Positions 19,386-29,429 of a DNA stretch of 64,000 nucleotides are shown piece by piece; positions within the stretch are counted from its first letter, which is position 1; the number at the start of each line of letters is the position of its first letter. The stretch lies in contig JBFMAA010000009.1 of NCBI GenBank assembly GCA_040755955.1, positions 1-64,000 of the forward strand, given 5' to 3'. The notes beneath the pieces were generated by a model. That model did not search any database and was not told the DNA's origin. It saw nothing but the letters and a program-made list of their open reading frames with translations. A program made the translations under genes and the position numbers. This stretch comes from Thermodesulfobacteriota bacterium. Lineage in GTDB: Bacteria; Desulfobacterota; Desulfomonilia; Desulfomonilales; Desulfomonilaceae.

Positions 19386-20864
19386 CTATTCGTCCTTTCC
19401 CAACACTCGTCTGAAGTGGTAGCCGAATATCGCCTGGGCTATTGCGGTGCCGAATGCCTTCCGATGGAACAGGGCAGCTTTGATCACGAAGTTCCAATAA
19501 TATAGCTTGTTCTTACCCTTGTCGAGCAACCCCAAATAGACCACGGATTTGAAAAATGCCATCACCTGGCTCGCGTCCAGGCGACGAAATTTGTTCGGGC
19601 GATATGTCTTGAGAAACTCCAACCCCCGCTGGTAATACTGCTTCGGGGAATAGAGCGACTTGAGCACCGACTGGTAGCCTTCTCTCAGGGTCTTCACGTC
19701 CATCTTGGGGATGAAATTCATCGAGCCGTCACAGTTGTCGCCGGTGATCCCCTCGATGAGCCGCCCTTCCTTCTTGAGTCGCTCGTACAGCCGAGTTCCC
19801 GGCAGTGCGTTGAGCAGGCCAATCATTGCCTTGCACACGCCGCTGTTCTGGATGAACTTGATCTGTCTCTCGAATATGTTCGGCGGATCGTTGTCGAACC
19901 CGATGATGAACCCACCCATCACTTCCATGCCGTGACGCTGGATCTTCTTCACCGCTTCGATCAGGTTCATCTTCATGTTCTGGTGTTTGCCGCACTCTTT
20001 GAGGGACTCCTCAAACGGGGTCTCCAGCCCGAGGAATACGCTGTCAAACCCCGCTGAAGCCATGAGCTCCAGCAGTTCATCATCCTCGGCCAGGTTCACC
20101 GAAGACTCGGTGTACAGGTCAAACGGGTGCTTCCGAGACGTCTGCCACGGAATGATCTCTCGAAGCAGGGATTTCACCTTCGCCTTGTTCCCGATGAAGT
20201 TGTCGTCCACCACAAAGACTGACCCGCGCCACCCGAGCTCATAGATCATCTCGAATTCGCCGATCATCTGATCGTTGCTCTTCACCCTGGGGACTCGGCC
20301 GTTGAGATGGACGATGTCGCAGAACTCACAGTTGAACGGACAGCCCCTCGAGTACTGAACGGACAAGGACGCATAATCTTTGAGTCTGATGAGATCCCAC
20401 CTGGGCAGCGGCGTCTGACGGATATCGGGCTTTTCTTCGGTAGTGTAGATGCGGCGTGGAGTCCCTTGCGCGAGGTCATTCAGGAATGGTTGGAGGGTGA
20501 GTTCAGCCTCGTTGAGCACGAGGTAATCCACGTCCTCGTAGTCTTCAGGCGTGCTCGAGAACAACGGTCCACCTGCCACCACCTTCCTTCCCAGCACATG
20601 GCACCGATCGATCACTTTCCGCACGGAGTCCTTCTGTACGACCATGGCCCCCGTGAAGACGAGATCGGCCCATTGGATGTGCTGATCCGTGAGATCCTCC
20701 ACGTTCATGTCGACCACTTTGAGGTCCCAGTCCCGGGGAAGCATTCCCGCGATGGTGAGCAAACCCAGCGGGGGGTGCGCGGCCTTGCGGCTGATGAACT
20801 TCATTACGTGCTTGAAACTCCAGAACGTGTCCGGAATTGCCGGATAGACGAGTAATGCTTTCAT
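19386..20864 (-). CDS. B12-binding domain radical SAM protein, HpnJ-like
   Basis: 492 aa from ATG 20864; N-terminal cobalamin-binding Rossmann segment, CxxxCxxC (CPFNCEFC) radical SAM core, C-terminal DUF4070-like tail; resembles hopanoid-associated HpnJ but no other hpn genes nearby. Confidence 0.7.
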   Translation of the reverse strand: MKALLVYPAIPDTFWSFKHVMKFISRKAAHPPLGLLTIAGMLPRDWDLKVVDMNVEDLTDQHIQWADLVFTGAMVVQKDSVRKVIDRCHVLGRKVVAGGPLFSSTPEDYEDVDYLVLNEAELTLQPFLNDLAQGTPRRIYTTEEKPDIRQTPLPRWDLIRLKDYASLSVQYSRGCPFNCEFCDIVHLNGRVPRVKSNDQMIGEFEMIYELGWRGSVFVVDDNFIGNKAKVKSLLREIIPWQTSRKHPFDLYTESSVNLAEDDELLELMASAGFDSVFLGLETPFEESLKECGKHQNMKMNLIEAVKKIQRHGMEVMGGFIIGFDNDPPNIFERQIKFIQNSGVCKAMIGLLNALPGTRLYERLKKEGRLIEGITGDNCDGSMNFIPKMDVKTLREGYQSVLKSLYSPKQYYQRGLEFLKTYRPNKFRRLDASQVMAFFKSVVYLGLLDKGKNKLYYWNFVIKAALFHRKAFGTAIAQAIFGYHFRRVLGKDE

Positions 20865-21023
20865 GGTACGGTCCCTGCTTTGGTACGGTATCGGTTTCAA
20901 GGGTCGGAAGCACCGCAGATCGCGCTGGCTTGGGGTGGACTATAGTCGTCCGCGGGGCATAGGTCAAGGAGGTTCTTCACTCTGGTGAAAAACCTCCCTG
21001 GAGCGGGATGCGGGTGGTGTCAG

Positions 21024-22067
21024 CTACCTGGCCGGTGCGAGGGCGTCAGCCGGCGGTTTCGTCGCGGCAGGCGCCGGCGTGGGAGCCTGACCGGGAGCTT
21101 GTTGGGGCTTGAATGCCGGGGTAGCGAGGAATCTCATCAGATCTGAATCGGGTCGGAGAAGCACCGTAGTCCCCGAGGGGAATACCCGTTCATACACCTC
21201 CATGTGGCGGAGGAACGAATAGAATTCGGGGTCCTTGCCGTACGCTTCGGCATACACAGTAGTGGCGCTGGCGTCACCTTGGCCTTTGAGTTCCTGGGCT
21301 TTCTCGTAGGCCTTGGCAAGAATGACCTCCCGGTTCTTGTCGGCCTTGGCCTTGATTTCCCTGGAGATCTCGTCGCCTTCCGCACGGTAAAGCTTTGCCT
21401 GCCGTTCGCGCTCGGCCTTCATTCGTGCGTACACGGATGCCTGGACTTCCTTGGGGAGATCCACTCGTTTGATCCTTACGTCGATGACCGAGATTCCGGC
21501 TTCCTTACTCTGCTCCGCGGCTTCCTTGGTGACCCTGGCCATGATTTTCTCGCGCTGACTAAGGACTTCAGGGCTGGGGGCCGGTTTTTCCGGTTTGGGA
21601 GCCGGAGTGCCCGCCACCGCCGGGGTCTCGGCAGACGCAGGAGGCGCAGGTTTGGAGGTCTCCTTCTGCTCTTTGATGAAGTCACCGAACAGGTGACCTG
21701 CAATGTGCTGACGCAGCCTGGTACTAATCGTGTCGTTCAATCGTATCACCGCGGACCGGTTGTCCCTCATGGCCTGAAAGAACAACAGAGGGTCACTTAT
21801 TCTCCATCGGGAGACCGTGTCCACGATAAGGCGTTTCTTGTCGAGGGTGAGGTACTCCTTGGGGTCGGAGTCCGCGTACAGAATCCGTTTCTCGAGCCGC
21901 ACCACGTCCTGAACGAACGGGACCTTGAAGTACAGGCCTGGGTCGATGACGGTCCTCTTGTGTTTACCGAATTCAAGGACCAGGCCTTGCTCGAGCTCAC
22001 TGATCGTGAAGGTCGCTTGGGAGATCACTATGACTACCGCGAGGAGAATTATCGCTATCCTGACCAT
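21024..22067 (-). CDS. hflC: protease modulator HflC
   Basis: 347 aa; N-terminal TM, SPFH domain, extended Ala/Pro-rich tail; immediately downstream of hflK. Confidence 0.85.
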   Translation of the reverse strand: MVRIAIILLAVVIVISQATFTISELEQGLVLEFGKHKRTVIDPGLYFKVPFVQDVVRLEKRILYADSDPKEYLTLDKKRLIVDTVSRWRISDPLLFFQAMRDNRSAVIRLNDTISTRLRQHIAGHLFGDFIKEQKETSKPAPPASAETPAVAGTPAPKPEKPAPSPEVLSQREKIMARVTKEAAEQSKEAGISVIDVRIKRVDLPKEVQASVYARMKAERERQAKLYRAEGDEISREIKAKADKNREVILAKAYEKAQELKGQGDASATTVYAEAYGKDPEFYSFLRHMEVYERVFPSGTTVLLRPDSDLMRFLATPAFKPQQAPGQAPTPAPAATKPPADALAPAR

Positions 22068-22091
22068 TGTGCCTCGTTGCCCTCCGATTTG

Positions 22092-23099
22092 TCAGCGCCC
22101 CTTGGGTGTGGTTCCCGGCAGGGGGATGGGATCAGCCTTCTGGTCTCCCAGGATGGGGAGCAACGGCAGAACTTTCGAGTCTCCGCTTTCCATGATGACT
22201 TTCTTCGTATTCTGCAGGAATTTCTCTGCGCTTTCCAGGTAAAGCCGTTCCCGGGTGACAGCCGGAAATCGGGCATACTCGGCCAGCACCCTTTCAAAAC
22301 GGCCCGCGTCACCTCTGGCCCGTATTTCTCTCTGAGCCTTGTACGCTTCTGCCTGCTGAATCTCCTGTTGCGCCTGGCCCCGCGCCCTGGGGAGTATGTC
22401 CGCCTCGTAGCCTTCAGCTTCCTTTATGAGTCTTTCACGGTCTTCCAGAGCCCGCACCACGTCGTGAAACGCCTCTTTGACTTCTTCGGGGGGATCGACC
22501 GCCTGAAGTCGGGCCTGGGTCACGTACAGCCCCGTGTTGTAGGCATCCAGGAGTTTCTGCAGGTATTCGCGCACATCTTCCTGAACTCGCTCACGGCCGT
22601 CCGTCATCGTGTAGTCGATACCCCGTTCGCCCACGACTCCTCGAAGGGCCACCTCACATGAAGCCCGGAGAGCCTGCTCCGGCTTGTCGCACCCAAAAAT
22701 GAACTTGATCGGATCGTGCACCTTGTATTGCACAAAAAACTGCACATCCACTATGTTGTGATCGCCGGTCAGCATAAGCGATTCCGCTTGTACCGGTCGC
22801 TGCCTGCTGCCGTCCGAACGAAAGCCTATCTCTGCGCGCCGCACTTCGGACACATTGACGATGAAGTGGGTCATGAAAGGCTTCGGCAGACGGTATCTGA
22901 GTCCCGGTTCACTCACGGCAGAGAGTTTGCCGAACAGCAGGACCACACCCTTATCTCCTGGGCCCACCTTGTAGATGCCCGTGGACAAGTAGAGCAACCC
23001 CACGACCAGCAACACCACCCAAAACACCCATCCCCCTGAGAATCCGTCCAGCAGCCGTTTGAGCTCTTCGACGCCCTGCTGGATATCGCGAGTGGGCAT
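22092..23099 (-). CDS. hflK: protease modulator HflK
   Basis: 335 aa from ATG 23099 preceded by GAGGGG Shine-Dalgarno; TM anchor plus SPFH domain and coiled coil. Confidence 0.85.
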   Translation of the reverse strand: MPTRDIQQGVEELKRLLDGFSGGWVFWVVLLVVGLLYLSTGIYKVGPGDKGVVLLFGKLSAVSEPGLRYRLPKPFMTHFIVNVSEVRRAEIGFRSDGSRQRPVQAESLMLTGDHNIVDVQFFVQYKVHDPIKFIFGCDKPEQALRASCEVALRGVVGERGIDYTMTDGRERVQEDVREYLQKLLDAYNTGLYVTQARLQAVDPPEEVKEAFHDVVRALEDRERLIKEAEGYEADILPRARGQAQQEIQQAEAYKAQREIRARGDAGRFERVLAEYARFPAVTRERLYLESAEKFLQNTKKVIMESGDSKVLPLLPILGDQKADPIPLPGTTPKGR

Positions 23100-23279
23100 C
23101 CTATCCCCTCTGGGCCTGAATTGATCCATGAATTCCTCTTATAATGAGCATATCGGGACTATATAACAACCCGGCGCAGAAATCAAACCCCGATTCCACC
23201 CCTGACCTGATTTCGCTTGACAATGACTCTCCGGGCGAGTACTCGCAATCACGGAATCGGATGACAAGGAGGTCGCCCG

Positions 23280-23546
23280 TTGAACGAGCATGTGTACCTG
23301 GAGTGGCTCGAAGACATTGCGACGAGGCTCGGCGTGGAACTCCGTTACGAGAACCTCGGGGTCCCTGGGATAAGGACCGAGGGAGGTTTGTGCCGACTGT
23401 CCGGCAAGGCGGTGATACTCATTGACCGGCGAGAGTCGCGGCGAAGGAAGATACGGATACTGGTGCGGGCGCTCAACCGTATGGACGTTGACGGGATCTT
23501 CATCCCGCCGGCAGTGAGGAGACTTCTCGAAACCCGGACGAACTGA
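23280..23546 (+). CDS. hypothetical small protein
   Basis: 88 aa; no recognisable motif; basic C-terminal half. Confidence 0.35.
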   Translation: MNEHVYLEWLEDIATRLGVELRYENLGVPGIRTEGGLCRLSGKAVILIDRRESRRRKIRILVRALNRMDVDGIFIPPAVRRLLETRTN

Positions 23547-23704
23547 TGGACGCCGGTTACTGACCGCTCCGCCGTTCAGCCCCCCGTTTCCGTACCGCTT
23601 TACTTGAGGACACGAGGTGAAGTATCCTTAAAGGGTCTTGCGTGGCCACTCAGAATATCTAGTAGGATTTGCGTGCAGCGAAACGGACTCTAACGGAGAA
23701 GAGC

Positions 23705-23929
23705 ATGACCCAAGTAGACATCGAGCAGGCCGGCAACCGTTTCCTGGAACTCATCGAGCTTGCGCTTAGCGGTGAAGAGGTCATTATTTCAAGAGACCGG
23801 CGGCCCTTGGTCAAGCTGGCTCCGATCCGCGCTCAGAGACAACCGCGGCGGTTCGGCAGCGCCAGGGGCTTGATCACGATGACGGAGGACTTCGATAAAC
23901 CTTTAGAAGACTTCCGGGAGTACATGTAG
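23705..23929 (+). CDS. type II antitoxin, Phd/YefM-VapB class
   Basis: 74 aa; antitoxin-type N-terminus (NRFLELIELALSGEEVIISR) and C-terminal TMTEDFDKPLEDFREYM typical of partners of PIN toxins; stop overlaps vapC start. Confidence 0.75.
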   Translation: MTQVDIEQAGNRFLELIELALSGEEVIISRDRRPLVKLAPIRAQRQPRRFGSARGLITMTEDFDKPLEDFREYM

Positions 23930-24318
23930 TGCGCCTTCTCTTGGACACCCACAGCTTCCTCTGGTTCATCGGTGGGGCCGAGCAGCTCCCGAAAACCGCA
24001 CGAGAGGCGATTGCCGATGCCGGCAACGAGGTGTTGCTGAGTGTAGCAAGCCTCTGGGAAATCGCCGTCAAGAGCAGCTTGGGGAAGCTGATACTGGGCA
24101 GGCCCTTTGGGGAACTCATCCCCGAGCAGCTTGCCCTCAATGAGATCGAAACACTTCCCATTGGACTCGATGACTTGAGCACGCTCACAAAGTTGCCGTT
24201 CCACCATCGTGACCCTTCTGACCGCCTCATCATTGCCCAAGCGCTGACGAAAGGGCTTCCCATTGTAGGCAGGGACGCAGAGTTCGCCGGCTATGAGGTT
24301 GAGTTGATCTGGTACTGA
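23929..24318 (+). CDS. vapC: PIN domain toxin VapC
   Basis: 129 aa; LLDTH...SLWEIAVK...DRLIIAQA PIN acidic residues; GTG start overlapping antitoxin stop. Confidence 0.85.
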   Translation: MRLLLDTHSFLWFIGGAEQLPKTAREAIADAGNEVLLSVASLWEIAVKSSLGKLILGRPFGELIPEQLALNEIETLPIGLDDLSTLTKLPFHHRDPSDRLIIAQALTKGLPIVGRDAEFAGYEVELIWY

Positions 24319-24464
24319 AGCAGTCCTGCCGGCTGGGTTGAAGCCGGTTGATCGCCTTTCGCTCCACGGCATGGAATTGCAGAATCGCGCTCCCACGTTG
24401 CGGGCCGTGTTCGGCTCGGACTTCGTCACGTATGCGTGTGCCGGTTTGGCCGTAGTCCCGAAAA

Positions 24465-24640
24465 GCGGCTGGGAGCCGCAACCAGAATCCGCGTCCACTC
24501 TCTCGGTCCGCATGAAGGTCCAGGGCGGGGCGAGTCAGTTCTGCGGAAGCGAAGAAAGGCGCGTTGCTTTCTCCCGGAGCTGCTCACTTGAACGTTTCTT
24601 CTCGAAAAAGAAAGAAATCAAACGTTATCAGTCAGAAGCA
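24465..24640 (-). repeat. full-length family A element (reverse)
   Basis: ggctgggagccgcaaccagaatccgcgtcc...gaagaaaggcgcgttgctttctccc plus flanking module shared with 8820-8925. Confidence 0.75.
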
Positions 24641-24737
24641 AGGTTGCCGAGGCGAGTCCTTTCATCAATGAACTTCGATTTCGTCTCTCCCTGAGAAGAA
24701 TTCGAGATGTCGGCAGCATAGACGCCTGTCGCCGGGG

Positions 24738-26459
24738 ATGGAGCAGTTGCCCGATCCCGTTGAAATCCATGAGTTTACGTTCGATCCAAGACTGATCGAC
24801 CATGCCGGCCTTGAGCGGAAACGCATCGAGGCTTTCAGGCTGATCCATGCACTGAGATGGAAGGAGAGTCGAGATCCTGACCATCCTTTGATCGTCAGCC
24901 TTATGGGCGGCACGGGAACAGGAAAAAGCACGGTCTTCAACTCACTGGCCGGGCGACCGGTGAGCCGGACCGGAAGCAGACGGCCTTGCACCCACAAAGC
25001 CATGATACTCCTTCCGAATCATCCCTCCCACCTCGAAGAGGACTGGAGCTTGCTCTTCTCTTGTCTGGGCCTCAAGACGGACGAGGTCGCAGACTTCGCA
25101 TATCAGGACCACTTGCAATCTCCAGGCCGCATCCTGGTGGACACCCCCGACTTCGACAGCGTCGAACTCGCCAATCGCCACGTAGCAGATCTGTTCTTCG
25201 TACTGAGTGACGTCCTCGTCCTTGTCACTTCCCAGGAGAAGTACGCGGACATGGTCGGCATGGACATGAGACGCAAGGCGCTCTCCTGGGGCAAGAGCAT
25301 GCTCCTGGTAATGAACAAGGTCACGTCTCAGGAAGCATTGGAGGACTTCCGTGAGGAGCGTACGGGAGACGGGCGCGTGGTGGGAATCGACAGGATCGGC
25401 TCCTCCCCCGAGCTTATTCCCGGGCTTCGTGATCGCGCCGAGTTCAGGTCAGTCCTTGGCCTCGCGCCGGTGGGCCCGGACAGCCAGCGTACCCGGCAAG
25501 AGGAAATCGGCCGTCTCAGGACCCAATGTGCCTCGGCCGTTTCAGACCTGGACAATGCACTCGCATCCCAGATCGCGCGCATCGAACGTGTGCGCGAGAG
25601 GATCGGACGAATCGTCTCGGAGGTGACCGAGGAAATGGAGCTCCGGCTGAAGAGCCCCGTCTCGGGTGACCTGGAGGCCCGGATGCGCGGTCGTCTGCAG
25701 GTGCTTCTGGACAAGTACGACCTGCTCTTCGGTTTTCGGGAACGTGTGAGGAACTTGTTGGCATCGATCCTGGACGGCATCCTTGGGACGTCTCGATCGG
25801 TGAGTGACCACGGGCTTGCATCCGACAGGGAATGGGATCTCCGGCAGCAGGATCTGAAGGCAGTCTGGTCTGAAACCGCGCTTCAGCCGCTGGAGCTTGC
25901 GGTGGCCAGGCTCAACTTCGACATCATGGATCTGGTTGCACGAGATCCCACCTGCGCGGACCTGCTGCCCGTCGTCCGGACCGAGGTAGCGAGGTGGAGC
26001 CCGGACGAGGTCAGGCAGCGCTTCGATGAGACGCTCCCTCGCGTAATGAACCTCCTGGACGCAGAGTTCGACCGCTTCCGACAAGGTCTTTCACCTGGAG
26101 AACAGCTCCGACTTTACGGGTCCCAAACGGTGTTGCTTACGGTATGGCCTCTGCTGGTGGTCACCGTGGATCTCGCTTTGACAGGCGGCCACCTGACCAT
26201 CGTCAACGCGTTGCTGGGAGCGGCACCCGGATTGCCGTTTGCCCCGTTCATCACGAAATGGTTTGTGAGTGTGCGGGTCGTTGAGCTTCTCAGAGAGATC
26301 GGCCGCAAGATTGAAGCCACACACAGGGACACGCTCCGGAGCATCCTCCGGGAGCAGGCCGCAAGCTACGAAGGCGCTTTCGAGAGGCTCCTGCCGCCGC
26401 CCCAGGTGCGCAACGACGTACGAGACCTTCGCGAACGCCTGTCAGGACTGCCCGCATGA
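24738..26459 (+). CDS. P-loop GTPase-like protein with C-terminal transmembrane hairpin (dynamin/YfjP-like)
   Basis: 573 aa; Walker A GGTGTGKST, DTPDFDS switch-like motif, NKV; long helical middle domain; two hydrophobic helices near residues 470-520. Confidence 0.55.
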   Translation: MEQLPDPVEIHEFTFDPRLIDHAGLERKRIEAFRLIHALRWKESRDPDHPLIVSLMGGTGTGKSTVFNSLAGRPVSRTGSRRPCTHKAMILLPNHPSHLEEDWSLLFSCLGLKTDEVADFAYQDHLQSPGRILVDTPDFDSVELANRHVADLFFVLSDVLVLVTSQEKYADMVGMDMRRKALSWGKSMLLVMNKVTSQEALEDFREERTGDGRVVGIDRIGSSPELIPGLRDRAEFRSVLGLAPVGPDSQRTRQEEIGRLRTQCASAVSDLDNALASQIARIERVRERIGRIVSEVTEEMELRLKSPVSGDLEARMRGRLQVLLDKYDLLFGFRERVRNLLASILDGILGTSRSVSDHGLASDREWDLRQQDLKAVWSETALQPLELAVARLNFDIMDLVARDPTCADLLPVVRTEVARWSPDEVRQRFDETLPRVMNLLDAEFDRFRQGLSPGEQLRLYGSQTVLLTVWPLLVVTVDLALTGGHLTIVNALLGAAPGLPFAPFITKWFVSVRVVELLREIGRKIEATHRDTLRSILREQAASYEGAFERLLPPPQVRNDVRDLRERLSGLPA

Positions 26460-26623
26460 ACCGCACCTCCGGCGGTCTCGAGTTGACTTGGGACATGCTG
26501 ACGTTATATTCATGCACAGCCGGTTGACTTTCGGGCACCCAGCGAGTATCCGAAGTCCGTCAGGGTGCCCGCATGCCGGTATGGAGGACAGATGCTACCA
26601 GGAAAGTCCGGAGGAACTTCAAT

Positions 26624-29281
26624 ATGGTTCACAACCAATTGGTCACATACCTATTCGGATTCATCGCGCTTGTGGCGATCGCATTGGTGAGACCTATGGA
26701 TGCGTATGCAATCGACGGCAATATCACGAACTTCACGCTCCCCAACGGGCTCGAGGTGCTCGTGAAAGAGGATCACGCGCGCAAGGTGACGGCTCTGCAA
26801 ATCTGGGTCAAGGTCGGCAGCGCGGACGAAGAACAGGACGAACGCGGTATCAGCCATCTCATCGAACACATGGCCTTCAAAGGCACCGAACGTCGAGGTG
26901 TCGGCACCATCGCGTCGGAAGTGGAATCGCTGGGGGGCGACATCAACGCCTATACAAGCTGGGATGAGACCGTCTTCCATATCGTGGTTCCCTCCAGCGC
27001 GACGGTCCAAGGACTGGACATCCTCACCGACGCAGTGCTCAGACCCGTCATTGACCCCGGTGAACTCGAAAAAGAGAAGCAGGTCGTGATCGAGGAGATC
27101 CTCGAAGGGGAGGAGAGACCCGAAAGAAAAGCAGGCAAATTCCTCCTGCTCAACGCGTACACCGCAAGCCCGTACAGGTATCCGATCATCGGATATAAGG
27201 AAACTGTGGAGCGATTCACCCGTGACAACATCGAGCGTTTCCGTCAGAAATGGTATGTACCGGAAAACATGCTGCTGGTGATCGTCGGTGATGTGGATCC
27301 CACGGCACTGAAACCGGAACTCGCACGAATGACCGCAGACTTCAAGCCGCAGGGCTTCTTTCGCCATCCCAGAGCGCAGGAGCCACCACAGGAAAAGACG
27401 CGCACCGCGGTCATGAGGGACAACAACTCAAGAGAAACCAGACTGCACATGGCGTTTCACATCCCTTCGATCCACGGCGTCGACGTCAACGCCCTTGACC
27501 TCACGTCGGACCTGCTCGGGGCGCGGGAGAGCTCCAGACTGGTCAGGGCTATTAAGAAGGAAAAGGGGCTGGTCAATACGATCTCCGCCTCGGCGATGAC
27601 TCCCAAGGAGACGGGGGTGTTCATTATTTCCGCCACGTTGGAATCAAAGAACATTGAAGCCGTCACCCGCGCGATCATGGACGAAGTGGCCAAACTCGCG
27701 AAGACCCCTCCGTCCGAGGAAGAGCTCGACCGGGCCAAGACCAACATTGAAGCCCAGCACATCCTAGCGAGAGAGACCGTGCAAGGTATGGCCAGAAACC
27801 TGGGGAGTTTCCGGACTGATCTGGGTGACGCTCACTATGAGAAGAAGTACCTGGAACTCAACCGCATCGTGAAGCCCAAACAGGCATCCGAAGTGACCGC
27901 GAGGTACCTTGTGCCTCCCAATGTGACGCTCACCCTGCTCATTCCCGAGAAGGACCGGCCCGACTTCAAGGTAGACTCGCTCCAAGACGTGCTCAAGACC
28001 TATGAGCCGCCGGAACCACCATCCCGCGTCGCGGCAAGAGCTCCGGAAGTCCTTACGGCTACTCTCGACAATGGCATGAGGGTGGTGCTCGTGCCGGATC
28101 GATCGAATTCGGTGGTGTCATTTCGGGTTGGGTGCCTCGGAGGAAAGCGCTACGAGAACGAGCAAGATCAAGGCATCATGAACTTCATCTCGCGCATGCT
28201 CGACAAAGGCACGCAAACACTCAACGAGGGCGAGATCTCCCGGAAGATAGAGGACATGGGAGGCCGTCTCAAGGGGTTCGCAGGGTATGACTCCTTCGGA
28301 TTGGCCGGTCATTTCTTCAGTCGGCACCTGGATGACGGACTCAAGCTCGTAATGGATCTGTACGCCCACCCGTCATTCCCGCAGGACCGTTTGGACAGAG
28401 AACGGAGCCTTATCCTCAACCAGATAAAGACGGAACCCGATCGTCCGGTCGAATTCGCGGTACAGGTATTCTCGGAAACACTCTTCCCCAAACATCCGTA
28501 CGGATACGACAAACATGGATCGGTTGAGACGGTCACGGGATTCACTCGGGAGGACCTCCTCGAAGCGTACAAGCGCTTTTCCGTCCCTGCAAACACGGTG
28601 ATGACCGTCGTAGGGGACCTGGACCCGCAAGTGACCCTTGCCAAGATCAAGGAGCTGTTCGGCGGTATCCCTGCGACTCGTTTCGAGGCCCCGGAGGTCA
28701 CCAAGGAGGCCCCGCTCACCGAGACCAGGCGAAAGACCCTGGAAATCCCAAGGGCCAAGGCCCATCTCCTCATCGGCTTTCGGGGAACCACGTTTACCGA
28801 CAAGGAACGGTACTCGCTCACCGCGCTCAACAACATCCTTGCCGGCCAGGGTGGGAGGTTGTTCCTGGAGCTTCGCGACAAGGAGTCGCTGGCCTATGTG
28901 GTTACCTCCATCTTCAGACCGGGGATCGATCCGGGGTTCTTTGCTATTTACATGGCGTGCGACGTGGCCAAGCTCGATCAGGCGGAAGCCGGCCTCTTGC
29001 GAGAAATCAACCGGGTCCGCACCGAACCCGTCAGCGCAGCGGAACTCCACAGGTCGATTACCAACCTGGTCGGAAACTACCAGATCCACTTACAGAGCAC
29101 CTCGGCCAGAGCGGAAAACACGTGTCTCAACACCCTCTACGGTCTCGGATACGATTTCGACAAGGAATACGTCGAGAAGATTAAGGCAGTCACGTCCGCT
29201 GATGTGTTGGACGCGGCAAAGCAGTTCCTCTCACCCGACAAGTGCGCTATAGTGAAGATACTACCCGGTAAGGAGGGGTAG
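26624..29281 (+). CDS. M16 (pitrilysin) family zinc metallopeptidase with two tandem M16 units
   Basis: 885 aa from ATG 26624 (signal peptide MVHNQLVTYLFGFIALVAIALVRPMDAYA); inverted zinc motif HLIEHMAFKGT and downstream E residues; second inactive-type half. Confidence 0.85.
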   Translation: MVHNQLVTYLFGFIALVAIALVRPMDAYAIDGNITNFTLPNGLEVLVKEDHARKVTALQIWVKVGSADEEQDERGISHLIEHMAFKGTERRGVGTIASEVESLGGDINAYTSWDETVFHIVVPSSATVQGLDILTDAVLRPVIDPGELEKEKQVVIEEILEGEERPERKAGKFLLLNAYTASPYRYPIIGYKETVERFTRDNIERFRQKWYVPENMLLVIVGDVDPTALKPELARMTADFKPQGFFRHPRAQEPPQEKTRTAVMRDNNSRETRLHMAFHIPSIHGVDVNALDLTSDLLGARESSRLVRAIKKEKGLVNTISASAMTPKETGVFIISATLESKNIEAVTRAIMDEVAKLAKTPPSEEELDRAKTNIEAQHILARETVQGMARNLGSFRTDLGDAHYEKKYLELNRIVKPKQASEVTARYLVPPNVTLTLLIPEKDRPDFKVDSLQDVLKTYEPPEPPSRVAARAPEVLTATLDNGMRVVLVPDRSNSVVSFRVGCLGGKRYENEQDQGIMNFISRMLDKGTQTLNEGEISRKIEDMGGRLKGFAGYDSFGLAGHFFSRHLDDGLKLVMDLYAHPSFPQDRLDRERSLILNQIKTEPDRPVEFAVQVFSETLFPKHPYGYDKHGSVETVTGFTREDLLEAYKRFSVPANTVMTVVGDLDPQVTLAKIKELFGGIPATRFEAPEVTKEAPLTETRRKTLEIPRAKAHLLIGFRGTTFTDKERYSLTALNNILAGQGGRLFLELRDKESLAYVVTSIFRPGIDPGFFAIYMACDVAKLDQAEAGLLREINRVRTEPVSAAELHRSITNLVGNYQIHLQSTSARAENTCLNTLYGLGYDFDKEYVEKIKAVTSADVLDAAKQFLSPDKCAIVKILPGKEG

Positions 29282-29429
29282 CCGGTTCTCGGCCCGCACT
29301 GCGGAAGGAGACCGGAAAGGTACCGAGTGCTCCCGTTCGCAATTACGGTCGCTCATGCTTCAGTAGTGCAACGGCGGAACCTGAGAAACAGAGCACTATG
29401 CCACTGTCATCAGAGAGGTTTCCAGTCCA

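Noticed and set aside
19386-20900. Assigning the B12-radical SAM gene firmly as hopanoid methylase/HpnJ and inferring a hopanoid locus
   Set aside because: No squalene-hopene cyclase or other hpn genes in the window; class B radical SAM proteins are too similar to each other to assign function from motifs alone
21204-22661. 485-aa ORF on plus strand antisense to hflC/hflK
   Set aside because: Spans two real genes on the opposite strand, extremely Gly/Arg/Leu-biased, no start context; GC-rich antisense artefact
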